DNA of 64,000 nucleotides from an uncultured Gemmatimonadales bacterium (GTDB lineage: Bacteria > Gemmatimonadota > Gemmatimonadetes > Longimicrobiales > RSA9): assembly GCA_963741945.1 (NCBI GenBank), contig CAVUKA010000005.1, forward strand, positions 128,001 through 192,000. Reading direction: 5' to 3'. How positions within the stretch are numbered: position 1 is the first letter of the stretch; each line of letters opens with the position of its first letter. Below the pieces are notes generated by a model. It saw only the letters and a program-made list of their open reading frames with translations. It made no database searches and was not told where the DNA came from. Below are positions 10,476-20,256 of the stretch, piece by piece. Both the position numbers and the translations under genes were made by a program.

Positions 10476-10992
10476 GGCGCCTGCCTTCGAACGCCTCGAT
10501 CCGCGCCCGGGTCTCCGGGTCGAGAGGCTTGGACCGGCCGCGGTCGTAGTCGAACATCACCTGCGTGCTCCGCCCCGAGACCAGCGCCAGCCCGTCCCCG
10601 TCCCACAGGCCATACTCCATCTCCCAACTCGAGCGGCCGAGCCGCACCACGCGGGCTCCCGCCCGCAGCCTGGAAGGGAACCGGATCCGCTCATGGAAGC
10701 GGAGCGTGAACGCCCCCATGACGTAGTCGATCGCTTCCACAGTCTCGCGACCGGCCACCTCGCGCCAGTACCGCGCCCGGGCTTCCTCCCAGTACATGAG
10801 CGGGAGGGAGTGGTGCACGTGGCCCATGGGGTCCAGGTCGCGGAAGCGGACCTCCACGTCATGGTGGAACCGGAAGTCGGAGGGCGAGGCGACGCCGGGC
10901 GAAGCGGCCGCGCCGGCGCCCGACCGCGCGCCGGCCACCGCGGGATCGGGGTCCGCCCGGCTCACCGGCGCCGCTCGCTCGGACGCTCCCAC
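10468..10992 (-). CDS. Acyl-CoA thioesterase (4HBT/YbgC hot-dog family)
   Basis: VRFRDLDPMGHVHH, EEAR, RLGRSSWEMEY. Confidence 0.85.
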   Translation of the reverse strand: MGASERAAPVSRADPDPAVAGARSGAGAAASPGVASPSDFRFHHDVEVRFRDLDPMGHVHHSLPLMYWEEARARYWREVAGRETVEAIDYVMGAFTLRFHERIRFPSRLRAGARVVRLGRSSWEMEYGLWDGDGLALVSGRSTQVMFDYDRGRSKPLDPETRARIEAFEGRRLT

Positions 10993-11147
10993 TGCCGGAG
11001 CAGGTCCAGCGGCGTGAACCTGCTCTTCCGCCGCCGCTTCATCCCGCCCGGCAGCACCCGGTCCTTTCGGCCCGGCAGACCGGGGAACCCGAGTCCGATG
11101 TAGAAACCCACGAGCAGGGCGACGACCATCCCGAAGATCTGCAGCAT
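10962..11147 (-). CDS. Small membrane-anchored hypothetical protein
   Basis: AAGGAGAAGG upstream; N-terminal hydrophobic helix and basic tail (RFTPLDLLR). Confidence 0.55.
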   Translation of the reverse strand: MLQIFGMVVALLVGFYIGLGFPGLPGRKDRVLPGGMKRRRKSRFTPLDLLRQWERPSERRR

Positions 11148-11184
11148 CAACCTTCTCCTTCCGCGATCGGTGCGGCGCTCCATC

Positions 11185-12018
11185 TCAATTCTGGCGAACG
11201 GTCTCCAGCCCGGCCAGGGCGGTCACGAGCCGCCGGTGCAGGCCGGGCGTGGACGCCACGATCCCTTCGTGCTCCGGACGCGGCTGGTTGAAACCGAGCC
11301 GCCGACCCCGGATGTCGGTGACCACGCCGCCAGCCTCCTCCACCACCAGGGCACCGCCGGCCACGTCCCACTCGCTCTTCGGGCCGCGGCTGAGGAACGC
11401 ATCGCCGAACCCGGCCGCCACACCCATCAGCTTGTACGCGGTGCTCCCCACCTGCCGCAGGCGCCACTCGCCCGCGAACGGCTCGAACTCGCCGCGCCGG
11501 AGCTCGCTGCGCGACACGAGCAGCGTCGGCGTGCGCCCCGGGTCCGGGTCGCGCACCCGCAGCGGCTCGCCCTGCCACGCGCCCGTCCATGGCCGGGCTC
11601 GCCAGGCGCCCGCGTCCGCCACCGCCCAGAAGAGGTCCCGCTGCGCCGGGTTGTACACCACGCCAATGACCACACGCCCGTCCTCCACCAGCCCCACCGA
11701 CACCGCGAACTCGCGGTACCCCGCGATGAACGAGCGGGTCCCATCGATCGGGTCCACCACCCATACACGAGGCTTCCGCGACCGGTCCGGATCCGCTTCC
11801 GACTCCTCCGACAGCCAGCCGTACTCCGGCCGCTCCCCACGGAGCCGCTCGCCGAGCAGCCGGTCCGCCCTCAGGTCCGCGTCCGTCACCGGCTGACCGG
11901 GGCCCTTCATCCGTACCTCGCCGGGCGACCGGAAGCTCTCCATCACCGCTTCGCCCGCTTCCGTCGCCGCCGCCAGCGCCAGCGCCAGGTCCGCCGACAG
12001 GTCAGCTCCCGGGCTCAT
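11185..12018 (-). CDS. cysQ: 3'(2'),5'-bisphosphate nucleotidase CysQ / inositol monophosphatase family
   Basis: PVTDAD, LSEE, WVVDPIDGT, SEWDVAGG. Confidence 0.85.
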   Translation of the reverse strand: MSPGADLSADLALALAAATEAGEAVMESFRSPGEVRMKGPGQPVTDADLRADRLLGERLRGERPEYGWLSEESEADPDRSRKPRVWVVDPIDGTRSFIAGYREFAVSVGLVEDGRVVIGVVYNPAQRDLFWAVADAGAWRARPWTGAWQGEPLRVRDPDPGRTPTLLVSRSELRRGEFEPFAGEWRLRQVGSTAYKLMGVAAGFGDAFLSRGPKSEWDVAGGALVVEEAGGVVTDIRGRRLGFNQPRPEHEGIVASTPGLHRRLVTALAGLETVRQN

Positions 12019-12394
12019 CGATCACCAGCTCCGGCTGACGGTGGCAGCCGTAGCACTCCAGCGCCTGGGGATTCCGGATCCGGGACCCCGGCTTCACTTC
12101 CAGCGCGCCGCCACAGCGCGGGCACGACCCTTCGAACTCCGTCACGTAGTACTCACCCACCCAGTATTTCCGGGCGAAGTAGACGCCGGCGGCCAGCGAG
12201 AGCAGCGGCCACAGGAAGTGCGGCGGGATGAAGAACACCACCGGCATGAGCAGGATGGAAACCACCAGGATCCCCACCGCCCTCGCGATCCGGGCGGGAC
12301 GCGGCTGGAAGATCACTTCCACGGAAGCCGGGGCCGTCCCCGAGCCCGGGAGGTGGAGGTGGGCGGGCGGGCGGACACGTTCCGTCGTCGCCAT
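12002..12394 (-). CDS. Hypothetical membrane protein with C-terminal zinc ribbon
   Basis: Two TM segments (FFIPPHFLW) followed by CPRC...CYGC. Confidence 0.65.
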   Translation of the reverse strand: MATTERVRPPAHLHLPGSGTAPASVEVIFQPRPARIARAVGILVVSILLMPVVFFIPPHFLWPLLSLAAGVYFARKYWVGEYYVTEFEGSCPRCGGALEVKPGSRIRNPQALECYGCHRQPELVIDEPGS

Positions 12395-12398
12395 GCCC

Positions 12399-14132
12399 CT
12401 ATACCTCCACTTCCGCCACGCGCCGGACCGCCGCCCGCAGCGGGAGGACGATGGCCGCCAGCGAGATGGCCGCGGCGCCGGTGAGCCCGGCAACCAGCCA
12501 GACCATCGTGCTGCTGCCGAGCGGGACGCCATCCAGTCGGGCCCGCAGCACCGCATGGACCGGCCACGCTTCCAGCACGATCACCGCCGCCATGTAGCCG
12601 GTCGCGGTCATCATGAACATGAGACCGCCGAAGCCGGTGGGGATGTCGGCGGCGTTCGCCGTGTCGAAGCGAGGGAACAGGGCGCCGAAGCCGATGGCCA
12701 GGGCGCCGATCGCGAAGGTCATGACCACGATGGTCACGAGCGAGAGCGTCATCATGAACGGGCTCACCTTCAGAATGTGGTTCGTGCCCGCGGTCAATCC
12801 GAGGGCGAGGGCCAGGAGCGGGATCATGTTGACCCAGTACCGGCTCCAGATCAGGCTCCGCAGCGCGAGCGGCGACGACCGGAGGAGCCACAGCGTCCGT
12901 CCCTCCAGGCTGACTGCGGGGAACAGAAATCGTGCCGCAATGGCCGCGAGGACGAACCCGGCGAGACCGAGATTGAGGAAGCTCACGACATTCACCAGGA
13001 AGAAGCCGACCTCCACGCCGGAGAAGAGCGGCAGGACCTTGATGTTGTAGACGTACACCACCACCAGCACGGCCAGCAGGATCAGCTGGGACCACTGGGT
13101 GGTGTCGCGGAAGAAGGTCCGGATCTCCTTGCCGACCAGCGCCCGCGCCGACGGCGAGAGTGGGCGCAGTGCCAGCGCGAGGAGCGGCCATTCCCGACGC
13201 TCCACTTCCCGCAGCGCCGCACCCTCCTGGGCCCGGCTGAAGCCGTCCGCGAAGAAGCGGCCGTGCAGCCAGGCGCCCATGACGACGAACGCGGCGGCCG
13301 TGCTCACCAGAAGGAAGAGCGGGAACCAGTCCGCCGCGCCCGCGCGCAACGGCGCCATGATGACCTGCGCGGCCCACTCACTGGGGAGCCACGTCCCTGC
13401 GGGCGTGCGCAGTGCGGCGATGAAGTCAACCAGGCTGTTGAATCCTTCCGGGCTCATGATCTGCTCGGGGCGCAGCAGCCGGAAGAACAGCACCACACCG
13501 GCGGCGGCGAACAGGGCCAGGAGGGCCAGGAGGTCCCGGGCCCGGCGGGCCGGGAAGATGTTGACCAGGAGGAGCGTGATGGCGCTCCCCGCCACGGCCG
13601 GGATGATGAAGAACGCGGCGAGGGCGAGGACGGCCACGCCTACGAAGAGGACTCCACCGTGATAGGCGACGCCGTACGCGGCGAGGATGGGGACCATCAT
13701 CAGGCCGACCATCCAGGACGAGTAGGTGAGCGTCTCCAGCAGGCGGGCGCCATAGACGCGGAGCGGGTCGGCGGGCGAAGCCATGAGGAGCTCCAGGTCG
13801 CTGGCCAGGAAGAACGTGGAAAGCGCAGCGATCACGTTGGACAGGAGCAGCATGGCCATGAACGAGAGCAGCACCAGCGCCAGCAGCTTCACCGCCAGCA
13901 CTTCGCCGATCCCCTCTGCCGCGCGGAAGTAGCGTAGCAGCCGGAAGAGGACGCCGAACATGAGGAGCCAGAACAGCAGCCCCGTGGCTCCGAGCACCAC
14001 GGTCCGCACGGGCCGCCCTCCCTCTTCCCGGCGGCGGCGGAGGGCCACGATCTTCGGGCGCACGATCCCGAACACGCCCGGCAGCCGCGCCTCACTCCAG
14101 CGCGCCGGCGGGGGTGAGGCGATGGGCTTCAC
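12399..14132 (-). CDS. Putative ABC-2-type exporter permease
   Basis: About 12 TM helices; DLELLMASP, FFRDTTQWSQL, SLEGRTLWLLRSSP; coupled to ABC ATPase. Confidence 0.85.
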   Translation of the reverse strand: MKPIASPPPARWSEARLPGVFGIVRPKIVALRRRREEGGRPVRTVVLGATGLLFWLLMFGVLFRLLRYFRAAEGIGEVLAVKLLALVLLSFMAMLLLSNVIAALSTFFLASDLELLMASPADPLRVYGARLLETLTYSSWMVGLMMVPILAAYGVAYHGGVLFVGVAVLALAAFFIIPAVAGSAITLLLVNIFPARRARDLLALLALFAAAGVVLFFRLLRPEQIMSPEGFNSLVDFIAALRTPAGTWLPSEWAAQVIMAPLRAGAADWFPLFLLVSTAAAFVVMGAWLHGRFFADGFSRAQEGAALREVERREWPLLALALRPLSPSARALVGKEIRTFFRDTTQWSQLILLAVLVVVYVYNIKVLPLFSGVEVGFFLVNVVSFLNLGLAGFVLAAIAARFLFPAVSLEGRTLWLLRSSPLALRSLIWSRYWVNMIPLLALALGLTAGTNHILKVSPFMMTLSLVTIVVMTFAIGALAIGFGALFPRFDTANAADIPTGFGGLMFMMTATGYMAAVIVLEAWPVHAVLRARLDGVPLGSSTMVWLVAGLTGAAAISLAAIVLPLRAAVRRVAEVEV

Positions 14133-14899
14133 CTCTCCGCCACGGCGCGGAGCGACGCGATCAGCTCCGCCATCTCCTCGCCGCCGGTAAGCTTCAGGAA
14201 GACCTCCTCCAGCCCGGCCGCCCCCGCTTCCGCCTCCGCCCGCAGCTCCGCCATGGTCCCCTGCGCGCGGATCCCACCATCCTGCAGGATGGCGATGCGG
14301 TCGCACAGCGCCTCCGCCACTTCCAGCGTGTGAGTGGAGAGGAAGACGGTCCCGCCCTGCCGCACGAACGACCGGAGCAGCTCCTTGATCATGCGCGCGG
14401 CCCTCGGGTCGAGCCCGACCATGGGCTCATCCACGACGATCACGCGCGGGCCATGCACCAGTGCCGAGCTGATGAGGAGCTTCTGCCGCATGCCGTGACT
14501 GTAGCTTTCGATCAGTGTGTCCTTCCAGCGCGTGAGCTCGAACACCGACAACAGCTCCTCCGCCCGCCGCTCCGACTCCCGGCCGTCCTGGCCCCACAGA
14601 CCGCTCACGAACCGGAGGAACTCCGCGCCCGTGAGCTTCTCGTACAGGAACGGCCGGTCGGGGATGTAGCCCAGCAGCGACTTCGCCGCCGCCGGCTCCC
14701 TCGCCACGTCGTGCCCGCCGATCAGCACGCGGCCCGCGCTGGGCCTGAGCACGCCGGTGAGCATCCGGATCGTCGTCGTCTTCCCCGCCCCGTTCGGCCC
14801 GAGGAAGCCGAACAGCTCGCCCGCGGGGACGTGCACGTCCAGCGGGCGGACGGCGGTGAACGCGCCATAGCGCTTGCTCAGCCCTTCCAGCCGGATCAT
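14129..14899 (-). CDS. ABC transporter ATP-binding protein
   Basis: GPNGAGKTT, YSHGMRQK, IVVDEPMVGLDP, STH. Confidence 0.95.
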   Translation of the reverse strand: MIRLEGLSKRYGAFTAVRPLDVHVPAGELFGFLGPNGAGKTTTIRMLTGVLRPSAGRVLIGGHDVAREPAAAKSLLGYIPDRPFLYEKLTGAEFLRFVSGLWGQDGRESERRAEELLSVFELTRWKDTLIESYSHGMRQKLLISSALVHGPRVIVVDEPMVGLDPRAARMIKELLRSFVRQGGTVFLSTHTLEVAEALCDRIAILQDGGIRAQGTMAELRAEAEAGAAGLEEVFLKLTGGEEMAELIASLRAVAER

Positions 14900-16443
14900 T
14901 GTCGCGTTCCCAGGATGTCCAGGTCCAGGCGCCCGATCAGCCGGATCAGCTCCACCTGCCGGGCCAGTCCGCCCACCAGGAACCGGATGTGGGACGCATC
15001 GGCCGGCACCTGTCCGAGCGTCGGGTCCACGGCCACCCACCCGTCCAGCCACACTTCCGGCCACGCGTGGTAGTAGAACCGATCACCCACGTGCACCAGC
15101 CCCACGGCCGTCCGGGCTGGCAGCCCCAGAGACCGCGCCATGGCCACGTACAGAACCGTATGCTCGTTGCAGTCGCCCCGCCGCGCTTCCAGCACCTGCG
15201 TGGCGCTCGGGATGCTGAGCGTGACGTCCTTCCGCAGGTAGCCGTGCACCCACTCCGCCAGGCGGCGCGCCGCTTCCGCCGGGTCCGTCGAGCCCCGCAC
15301 CGCCCGCACCGCCGCTGCCCTGATCGCCGGGTCGTCCACCTGGATCAGCGGCGTGGCTTCCAGCTCCGACGCCGGCTCCCCACCGCCGGTGTACGGCAGG
15401 GTGTAGTCGGCGCGCATCGCCGCGGCGGGCTCGCGCTCCACCGTCAGCGTGTCCCCCCGCAGCGTCTGGCGTCCGCCGTCGAGGTCGAATCCGGTCAGGT
15501 CCACGTTGCGCAGGCGGACCACCATCCGCTCGAGCCGCCCTTCTGCACCGCGCAGCGCAACGTTGGAGGCAATGGCCGTGTTCTCGATCACCGCGCCGTA
15601 GCCGGCCGACGCGGACGGGGACGCCATCTCCTCGGTCCAGCGCTGCCGGGCGAGCTCGTACGGAGCGCGCTCCAGCGTGAAGCCCATGGGGCTCTCGGCC
15701 TTGACCAGCCTGCCATCCCCGTCCAGCCAGCTGCGCACACTCACACCGCCGTACGTCTCCTCCACCACCCAGACGGGGACGGTATCCAGCCGGGCCGGGG
15801 CCCACCGACCCCCTGGTTCCACGGCGGCAACGGAGTCCACTACCTCGAGCATGTCGCGGCCTACCACTTTCAGGAGCACGCCGCGTGAGGAGAGGGCGGA
15901 CGGGTCCAGCACGCGGGCCGAGTACTCCGTGCCCACCTCCAGCCGCCCCCCCGCCGCGATCCGCAGCGGCAGCGCCACGGGCAGTGTGAGACCGCGCTCG
16001 AGGGCGATGGACGTCTCCTGGGCGCCCGCGCCCGTATCCAGCCGGAGCGCGAGCGTGGAGTCCGGCCTCGCCTCACCCGTCACGTGGAAATCCCCGATCT
16101 CCGATTGCAGGCGGAAATCGAAGTCGCGCAGCTCGAGGGCACGGCCCAGATGGGCGCGGGTGCGCACCACGGCCGGATGGACGGTGTCCAGGGCGGGGAC
16201 GTTCAGGCGCAGGAGGTCCTCGAACAGGAAGCCGTCCGGGACGGTGTCCAGGCGAGAGGACGCCAGACCGATCACCCGCCCGGCCATGGACACCGCGTAG
16301 AAATACGTTCCCGGCGCCAGCGCTCGCGCGCCCTGGGCCAGGACCACGGCTTCGGGACGGAAATACTCACGGCGGACGTGGAGCCCGATGGCTCCCATCC
16401 ATACCGCCAGCACGGCGGCGCCCACCGGGACCCGCCACCTCAC
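14896..16443 (-). CDS. Membrane-anchored transglutaminase-like domain protein
   Basis: N-terminal TM; triad motifs GDCNEH, YHAWPEV, VDPT. Confidence 0.85.
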   Translation of the reverse strand: MRWRVPVGAAVLAVWMGAIGLHVRREYFRPEAVVLAQGARALAPGTYFYAVSMAGRVIGLASSRLDTVPDGFLFEDLLRLNVPALDTVHPAVVRTRAHLGRALELRDFDFRLQSEIGDFHVTGEARPDSTLALRLDTGAGAQETSIALERGLTLPVALPLRIAAGGRLEVGTEYSARVLDPSALSSRGVLLKVVGRDMLEVVDSVAAVEPGGRWAPARLDTVPVWVVEETYGGVSVRSWLDGDGRLVKAESPMGFTLERAPYELARQRWTEEMASPSASAGYGAVIENTAIASNVALRGAEGRLERMVVRLRNVDLTGFDLDGGRQTLRGDTLTVEREPAAAMRADYTLPYTGGGEPASELEATPLIQVDDPAIRAAAVRAVRGSTDPAEAARRLAEWVHGYLRKDVTLSIPSATQVLEARRGDCNEHTVLYVAMARSLGLPARTAVGLVHVGDRFYYHAWPEVWLDGWVAVDPTLGQVPADASHIRFLVGGLARQVELIRLIGRLDLDILGTRQ

Positions 16444-16964
16444 GTGCCGGTCCCTGCCCGCTCCCCGGCGTGACGCGCCACGGCCGCGCCGAACGCTTCC
16501 CGCTGATACGCGTCCTCCACGACCAGGATGACCGTGGAGGGATGGGCGCTGTTCCGCAGGTGCTCCACCAGGACGGGGAGCATGGCATCCGCGGACTCTT
16601 CGGCATCGAGATTGCCCGCCCCGACGCCGAGCGGCGTCACGGCGACCGTTTCGATCCCCCACTGCTGCAGCCGCCGCAGCCCGTTCAGGAGGCCCCGCTG
16701 TACGGCGGTGCGGGACGGGTTCTCCTCCGCCGAACGGACCGCCACGTGGACGATGTAGTCGGCCTGGAGATCGCCGGCCTGCGTGATGACGGCCGAGCCC
16801 ACGGGGATCTCGCCCAGCCTCGCGCACTGCGCCGCGACCTGCGGGCCGGCGACCTGGTCGAAGCGCCGCATGGCCGGGGTCACGGCGGAGAAGTCGGCGG
16901 AAACGGGACGCAGCACCGCCTCGGCCGCGACCTCCGTCAGCTCCGCGACGCGAACTTCGATCAT
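16440..16964 (-). CDS. Macro domain protein (divergent)
   Basis: GSAVITQAGDLQADYIVHVAV and TVAVTPLGVGAG macrodomain pattern. Confidence 0.8.
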   Translation of the reverse strand: MIEVRVAELTEVAAEAVLRPVSADFSAVTPAMRRFDQVAGPQVAAQCARLGEIPVGSAVITQAGDLQADYIVHVAVRSAEENPSRTAVQRGLLNGLRRLQQWGIETVAVTPLGVGAGNLDAEESADAMLPVLVEHLRNSAHPSTVILVVEDAYQREAFGAAVARHAGERAGTGT

Positions 16965-17641
16965 TCCGTCCGAACCTCGCGCGCCTTCCGGTACATGGCC
17001 GTGGCTTCCTGCCCCAGGTGCTTTCGGTCGTACAGGATCCCCATGGTGTAGTACGCCCGCACGTTCCGGGGCTGGTGCCGCACGGCCCGCTCCAGCATCT
17101 CCAGAGCGCCGTCCACGTCCCCGAGCTGGTTCAGCGCCTCACCCCGATAGAAGTAGGCTTCGCCATCCTGGTCATCCAGCTCGATAGCCCGCTTCAGCTC
17201 CGCCTCCGCCTGCCGGTACAGTCCGCGCTTGAACAGCACCACACCGAGCTGGCTGTGCGCTGCGCCGCTCTGCGGGTCCAGCCGCTGCGCCCGACGGAGC
17301 TCCTTCTCCGCGTCCTGGGATCGGCCAGCTGCGGCCAGCGCGGACCCGAGCGCCACGGCCACGTCCACGTCCTCGGCCGACTCCGACCGGGCAGACTCCA
17401 GCTGCTCCACCGCGAGCGCGATCTCCCCACGCTCCCGCAGAATGGCCGCGAGCGCGAGCCGCGCGGCCACGTCGCTCCCATCCTCCGCCACCCGCCGGCG
17501 CGCTTCCGTCAGCGCATCCACGGCGCTCGGCTCCTCGCGCGCCGGCGAGGCACCCGTTGCGTCCGCAGCGCCCACGGACCGCTCTTCCTGCTCCACGTTC
17601 CGGGACCTGCGGCCCCGTCTCTGGCTCACGCCATCGGTCAC
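16961..17641 (-). CDS. Tetratricopeptide repeat protein
   Basis: Five TPR-like repeats (AHSQLGVVLF, AYFYRGEAL, AYYTMGILY). Confidence 0.85.
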   Translation of the reverse strand: MTDGVSQRRGRRSRNVEQEERSVGAADATGASPAREEPSAVDALTEARRRVAEDGSDVAARLALAAILRERGEIALAVEQLESARSESAEDVDVAVALGSALAAAGRSQDAEKELRRAQRLDPQSGAAHSQLGVVLFKRGLYRQAEAELKRAIELDDQDGEAYFYRGEALNQLGDVDGALEMLERAVRHQPRNVRAYYTMGILYDRKHLGQEATAMYRKAREVRTE

Positions 17642-17970
17642 GACTCACCACTCACGTTAGCGACCACCCATTCGAGATATGGCCCGTGCCCGGTTTCCAC
17701 GGGCAGGACCAGAACCTCGGGGACATCGTACGGGTGCAGCTCAGGCACCCGCTCCACCAGCCTCGCCGCCGCCTGCGACGTCGTCTTCAATACGATCATG
17801 CACTCCTCCGCCCGCTCCACTTCCCCCGCCCACCGGTAGATCGACGTGACACCCGGCAGGATCGTGCCACAGGCGACGACGCCCTCCTCGACCAGCCGCC
17901 GAACCAGCGACTCGGCAGTCGCGGCATCCGGCGCGGTGACCAGCGCCACGCGGGCGTTCGCCTCAGTCAT
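17638..17970 (-). CDS. cutA: Divalent-cation tolerance protein CutA
   Basis: LVTAPD, ACGTILPGVTSIYRW, LKT, HPYDVPE. Confidence 0.92.
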   Translation of the reverse strand: MTEANARVALVTAPDAATAESLVRRLVEEGVVACGTILPGVTSIYRWAGEVERAEECMIVLKTTSQAAARLVERVPELHPYDVPEVLVLPVETGHGPYLEWVVANVSGES

Positions 17971-19822
17971 CGTCCACCACGAGCACCCGGTTGTCCTGGT
18001 AGAGCACCTCGATGACGTCCTTGAACCGCTCTTCCACAACCCGCCGCTTCACCTTCTGCGTGGGAGTGAGCTCGCCCGTATCCACGGAGAACTCCGTGCG
18101 CAGCGCCGCGATCTTCTTCGGGCGCTCGAAGCGGGCGAACCCCTCGTGCAGACGCCCCAGCGACTCCAATTCCAGCTTCTCCAGGGTGCGGGGGTCGGAC
18201 AGGAAGCCGGCGGCGCCGGGATCCAGCCCCTCGGCCGCCGCCCACTCGGACAGCTTCTCCGTGTTCGGGACCAGCAGCAGGATCGGGTACGGCCGCCGGT
18301 CGCCCAGCATCACGGCCTCGTCGACGAACGGACTCTCCTTGACCCGGTTCTCGATGGGCTGCGGCGCGATGTTCTTCCCGCCCGCCGTCACGATCAGGTC
18401 CTTCTTCCGATCCGTGATCCGGAGGTATCCGTCCGTATCGATCTCCCCGATATCGCCGGTGTGGAACCAGCCATCCCCGTCGATGGCCGCCGCCGTGTCC
18501 TCCGGGCGGTTGAAATAGCCCTGCATCACCTGCGGTCCACGGACCAGGATCTCGCCGTCGCCGGCGATCATGACCTCCGTGGCGGCCACGGGCTTGCCGA
18601 CCGTACCGAAGCGCAGGTCCTGCTCCGTGTTCACATTGGTCACCGGCGAGGTCTCGGTCAGGCCGTAGCCTTCCAGGATCAGGACTTTCGCGCCGTAGAA
18701 GAACGTGGCCACGTGCTGCGCCAGCGGTGCGCCACCGGAAATGAAGAACCGGAGCCGACCGCCGATCCGCTCGCGCAGCTTCCGGAACACGAGCCGGTCT
18801 GCCACGGCGCGCTGTGCCACGATGGCCAGCCCCGGCGAGCGTCCCGCCATCTTCGCGGCCGTCCATTCGCGGGCGACCATGGCCGCCCACGCCACCAGCT
18901 TCCCCTTCACACCGGTCTGCGACACGACCCGGTCGTATACCTTTTCGTACAGCCGGGGCGTGGAGACCGCGATCGTGGGGCGGACTTCCACCAGCGACTC
19001 CGCCACCAGCTGGATGTCGTGCACATAGGCGATGCTCACGCCGTGCGAGAACAGCCAGTAGTCCACCATGCGCTCCAGGATATGCGAGAGCGGGAGGAAG
19101 CTCACCGCCACGTCCTCCGGACTCGCGTAGAACGCCCGGTCCACCGCCTCCACGTTGCTGTGGATGTTGTTGTGCGTCAGGAGCACGCCCTTCGGCGGTC
19201 CGGTGGTGCCGGATGTGTACAGCATGGTGGCGATGTCGTCCGGCTCCGCCGCCAGAGCGCGCTCCCGGAAGTCACCCCCCCGCCCCTCCGACTCCTCCAC
19301 CGCCCCGCGCCCCTGGAGCTCCGCCAGTGTGAGCACCCGGTCGTCGTCCGACTCGCCGTCGAACAGCACGGCCCACTCCAGCGACGGCACCTCATCCCAG
19401 ATCTCCTGCACCTTCGCCAGCTGATCGGCGTCGGAAGTGAAAATCAGGCGGATGCCGGCGTCTTTCAGGATGTACGCCACCTGGTTGGCCGGCAGCGTGT
19501 CGTAGACCGGGATATCCGTGATCCCCGCGCACAGCGCCGCCCAATCCGCCTGCGCCCATTCCGGGCGATTCTCCGACAGGATCGCCACACGGTCGCCGCG
19601 CTCGAGCCCCAGCGAGCGCAGGCCGAGCGACGCGTGCCGCACGCGCTCGAGCAAGGTCCGGTGCGAGATCGAGCGCCACTCGCCGGGGGCGACGCGATAC
19701 TGCAGCGCCCGCTCGCTGTCGATCTCGTCGACAGCGTGGAAGAAGAGCTCCACCAGCGTGCCCCTGGGCAGGTCGGCGGGATTGGCCGCGTACTGGCGGG
19801 TGGTCTCTGAAGCCATCGCCAT
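17963..19822 (-). CDS. Long-chain fatty acid--CoA ligase (AMP-dependent synthetase)
   Basis: YTSGTTGPPKG, LPLSHILER, EGYGLTE, WFHTGDIG, DRKKDLIVTAGGKNIAP. Confidence 0.93.
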   Translation of the reverse strand: MAMASETTRQYAANPADLPRGTLVELFFHAVDEIDSERALQYRVAPGEWRSISHRTLLERVRHASLGLRSLGLERGDRVAILSENRPEWAQADWAALCAGITDIPVYDTLPANQVAYILKDAGIRLIFTSDADQLAKVQEIWDEVPSLEWAVLFDGESDDDRVLTLAELQGRGAVEESEGRGGDFRERALAAEPDDIATMLYTSGTTGPPKGVLLTHNNIHSNVEAVDRAFYASPEDVAVSFLPLSHILERMVDYWLFSHGVSIAYVHDIQLVAESLVEVRPTIAVSTPRLYEKVYDRVVSQTGVKGKLVAWAAMVAREWTAAKMAGRSPGLAIVAQRAVADRLVFRKLRERIGGRLRFFISGGAPLAQHVATFFYGAKVLILEGYGLTETSPVTNVNTEQDLRFGTVGKPVAATEVMIAGDGEILVRGPQVMQGYFNRPEDTAAAIDGDGWFHTGDIGEIDTDGYLRITDRKKDLIVTAGGKNIAPQPIENRVKESPFVDEAVMLGDRRPYPILLLVPNTEKLSEWAAAEGLDPGAAGFLSDPRTLEKLELESLGRLHEGFARFERPKKIAALRTEFSVDTGELTPTQKVKRRVVEERFKDVIEVLYQDNRVLVVDDD

Positions 19823-19848
19823 GGGAGTCTCCGGTCTCTGGAAGGCAA

Positions 19849-20256
19849 TCAGCCGCGGTCGATCCGGATCGTCAGATCGAGGTCCGGCTGGAGCGTGTGC
19901 AGTACGCTGCAATACCTGTCCCGCGAAAGGTCGATCGCGCGCTGGAGCTTGTCTCCGTGCTCTTCGGCGATCCCCTCGGTCTCGTATACCAGGCGCACAA
20001 CCGTGTATCTGCGCGGTGCCTTCGGGCGCCGGTCACCCTCCGCCCGGACCCGCAATGCCGTGAAAGGCACATGCATCCGGTTGAGGATCTCCACCAGATC
20101 GGCTCCCATGCAGGTGGCCAGCCCGGTCAGCAGCATCTCCATCGGCGACGGTCCGGCTTTGCGATCCCCGTCCACCACCACGGGCACGCCCGCCTTCCCT
20201 CGCGTAGCGAACCGTAGCTCGCCCTCCCAGTGGGCTTCCACCGTGATGTCGCTCAC
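19849..20256 (-). CDS. OsmC family protein (YhfA-like)
   Basis: GPSPMEMLLTGLATC ... LSRDRYCSV two-cysteine pattern. Confidence 0.88.
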   Translation of the reverse strand: MSDITVEAHWEGELRFATRGKAGVPVVVDGDRKAGPSPMEMLLTGLATCMGADLVEILNRMHVPFTALRVRAEGDRRPKAPRRYTVVRLVYETEGIAEEHGDKLQRAIDLSRDRYCSVLHTLQPDLDLTIRIDRG

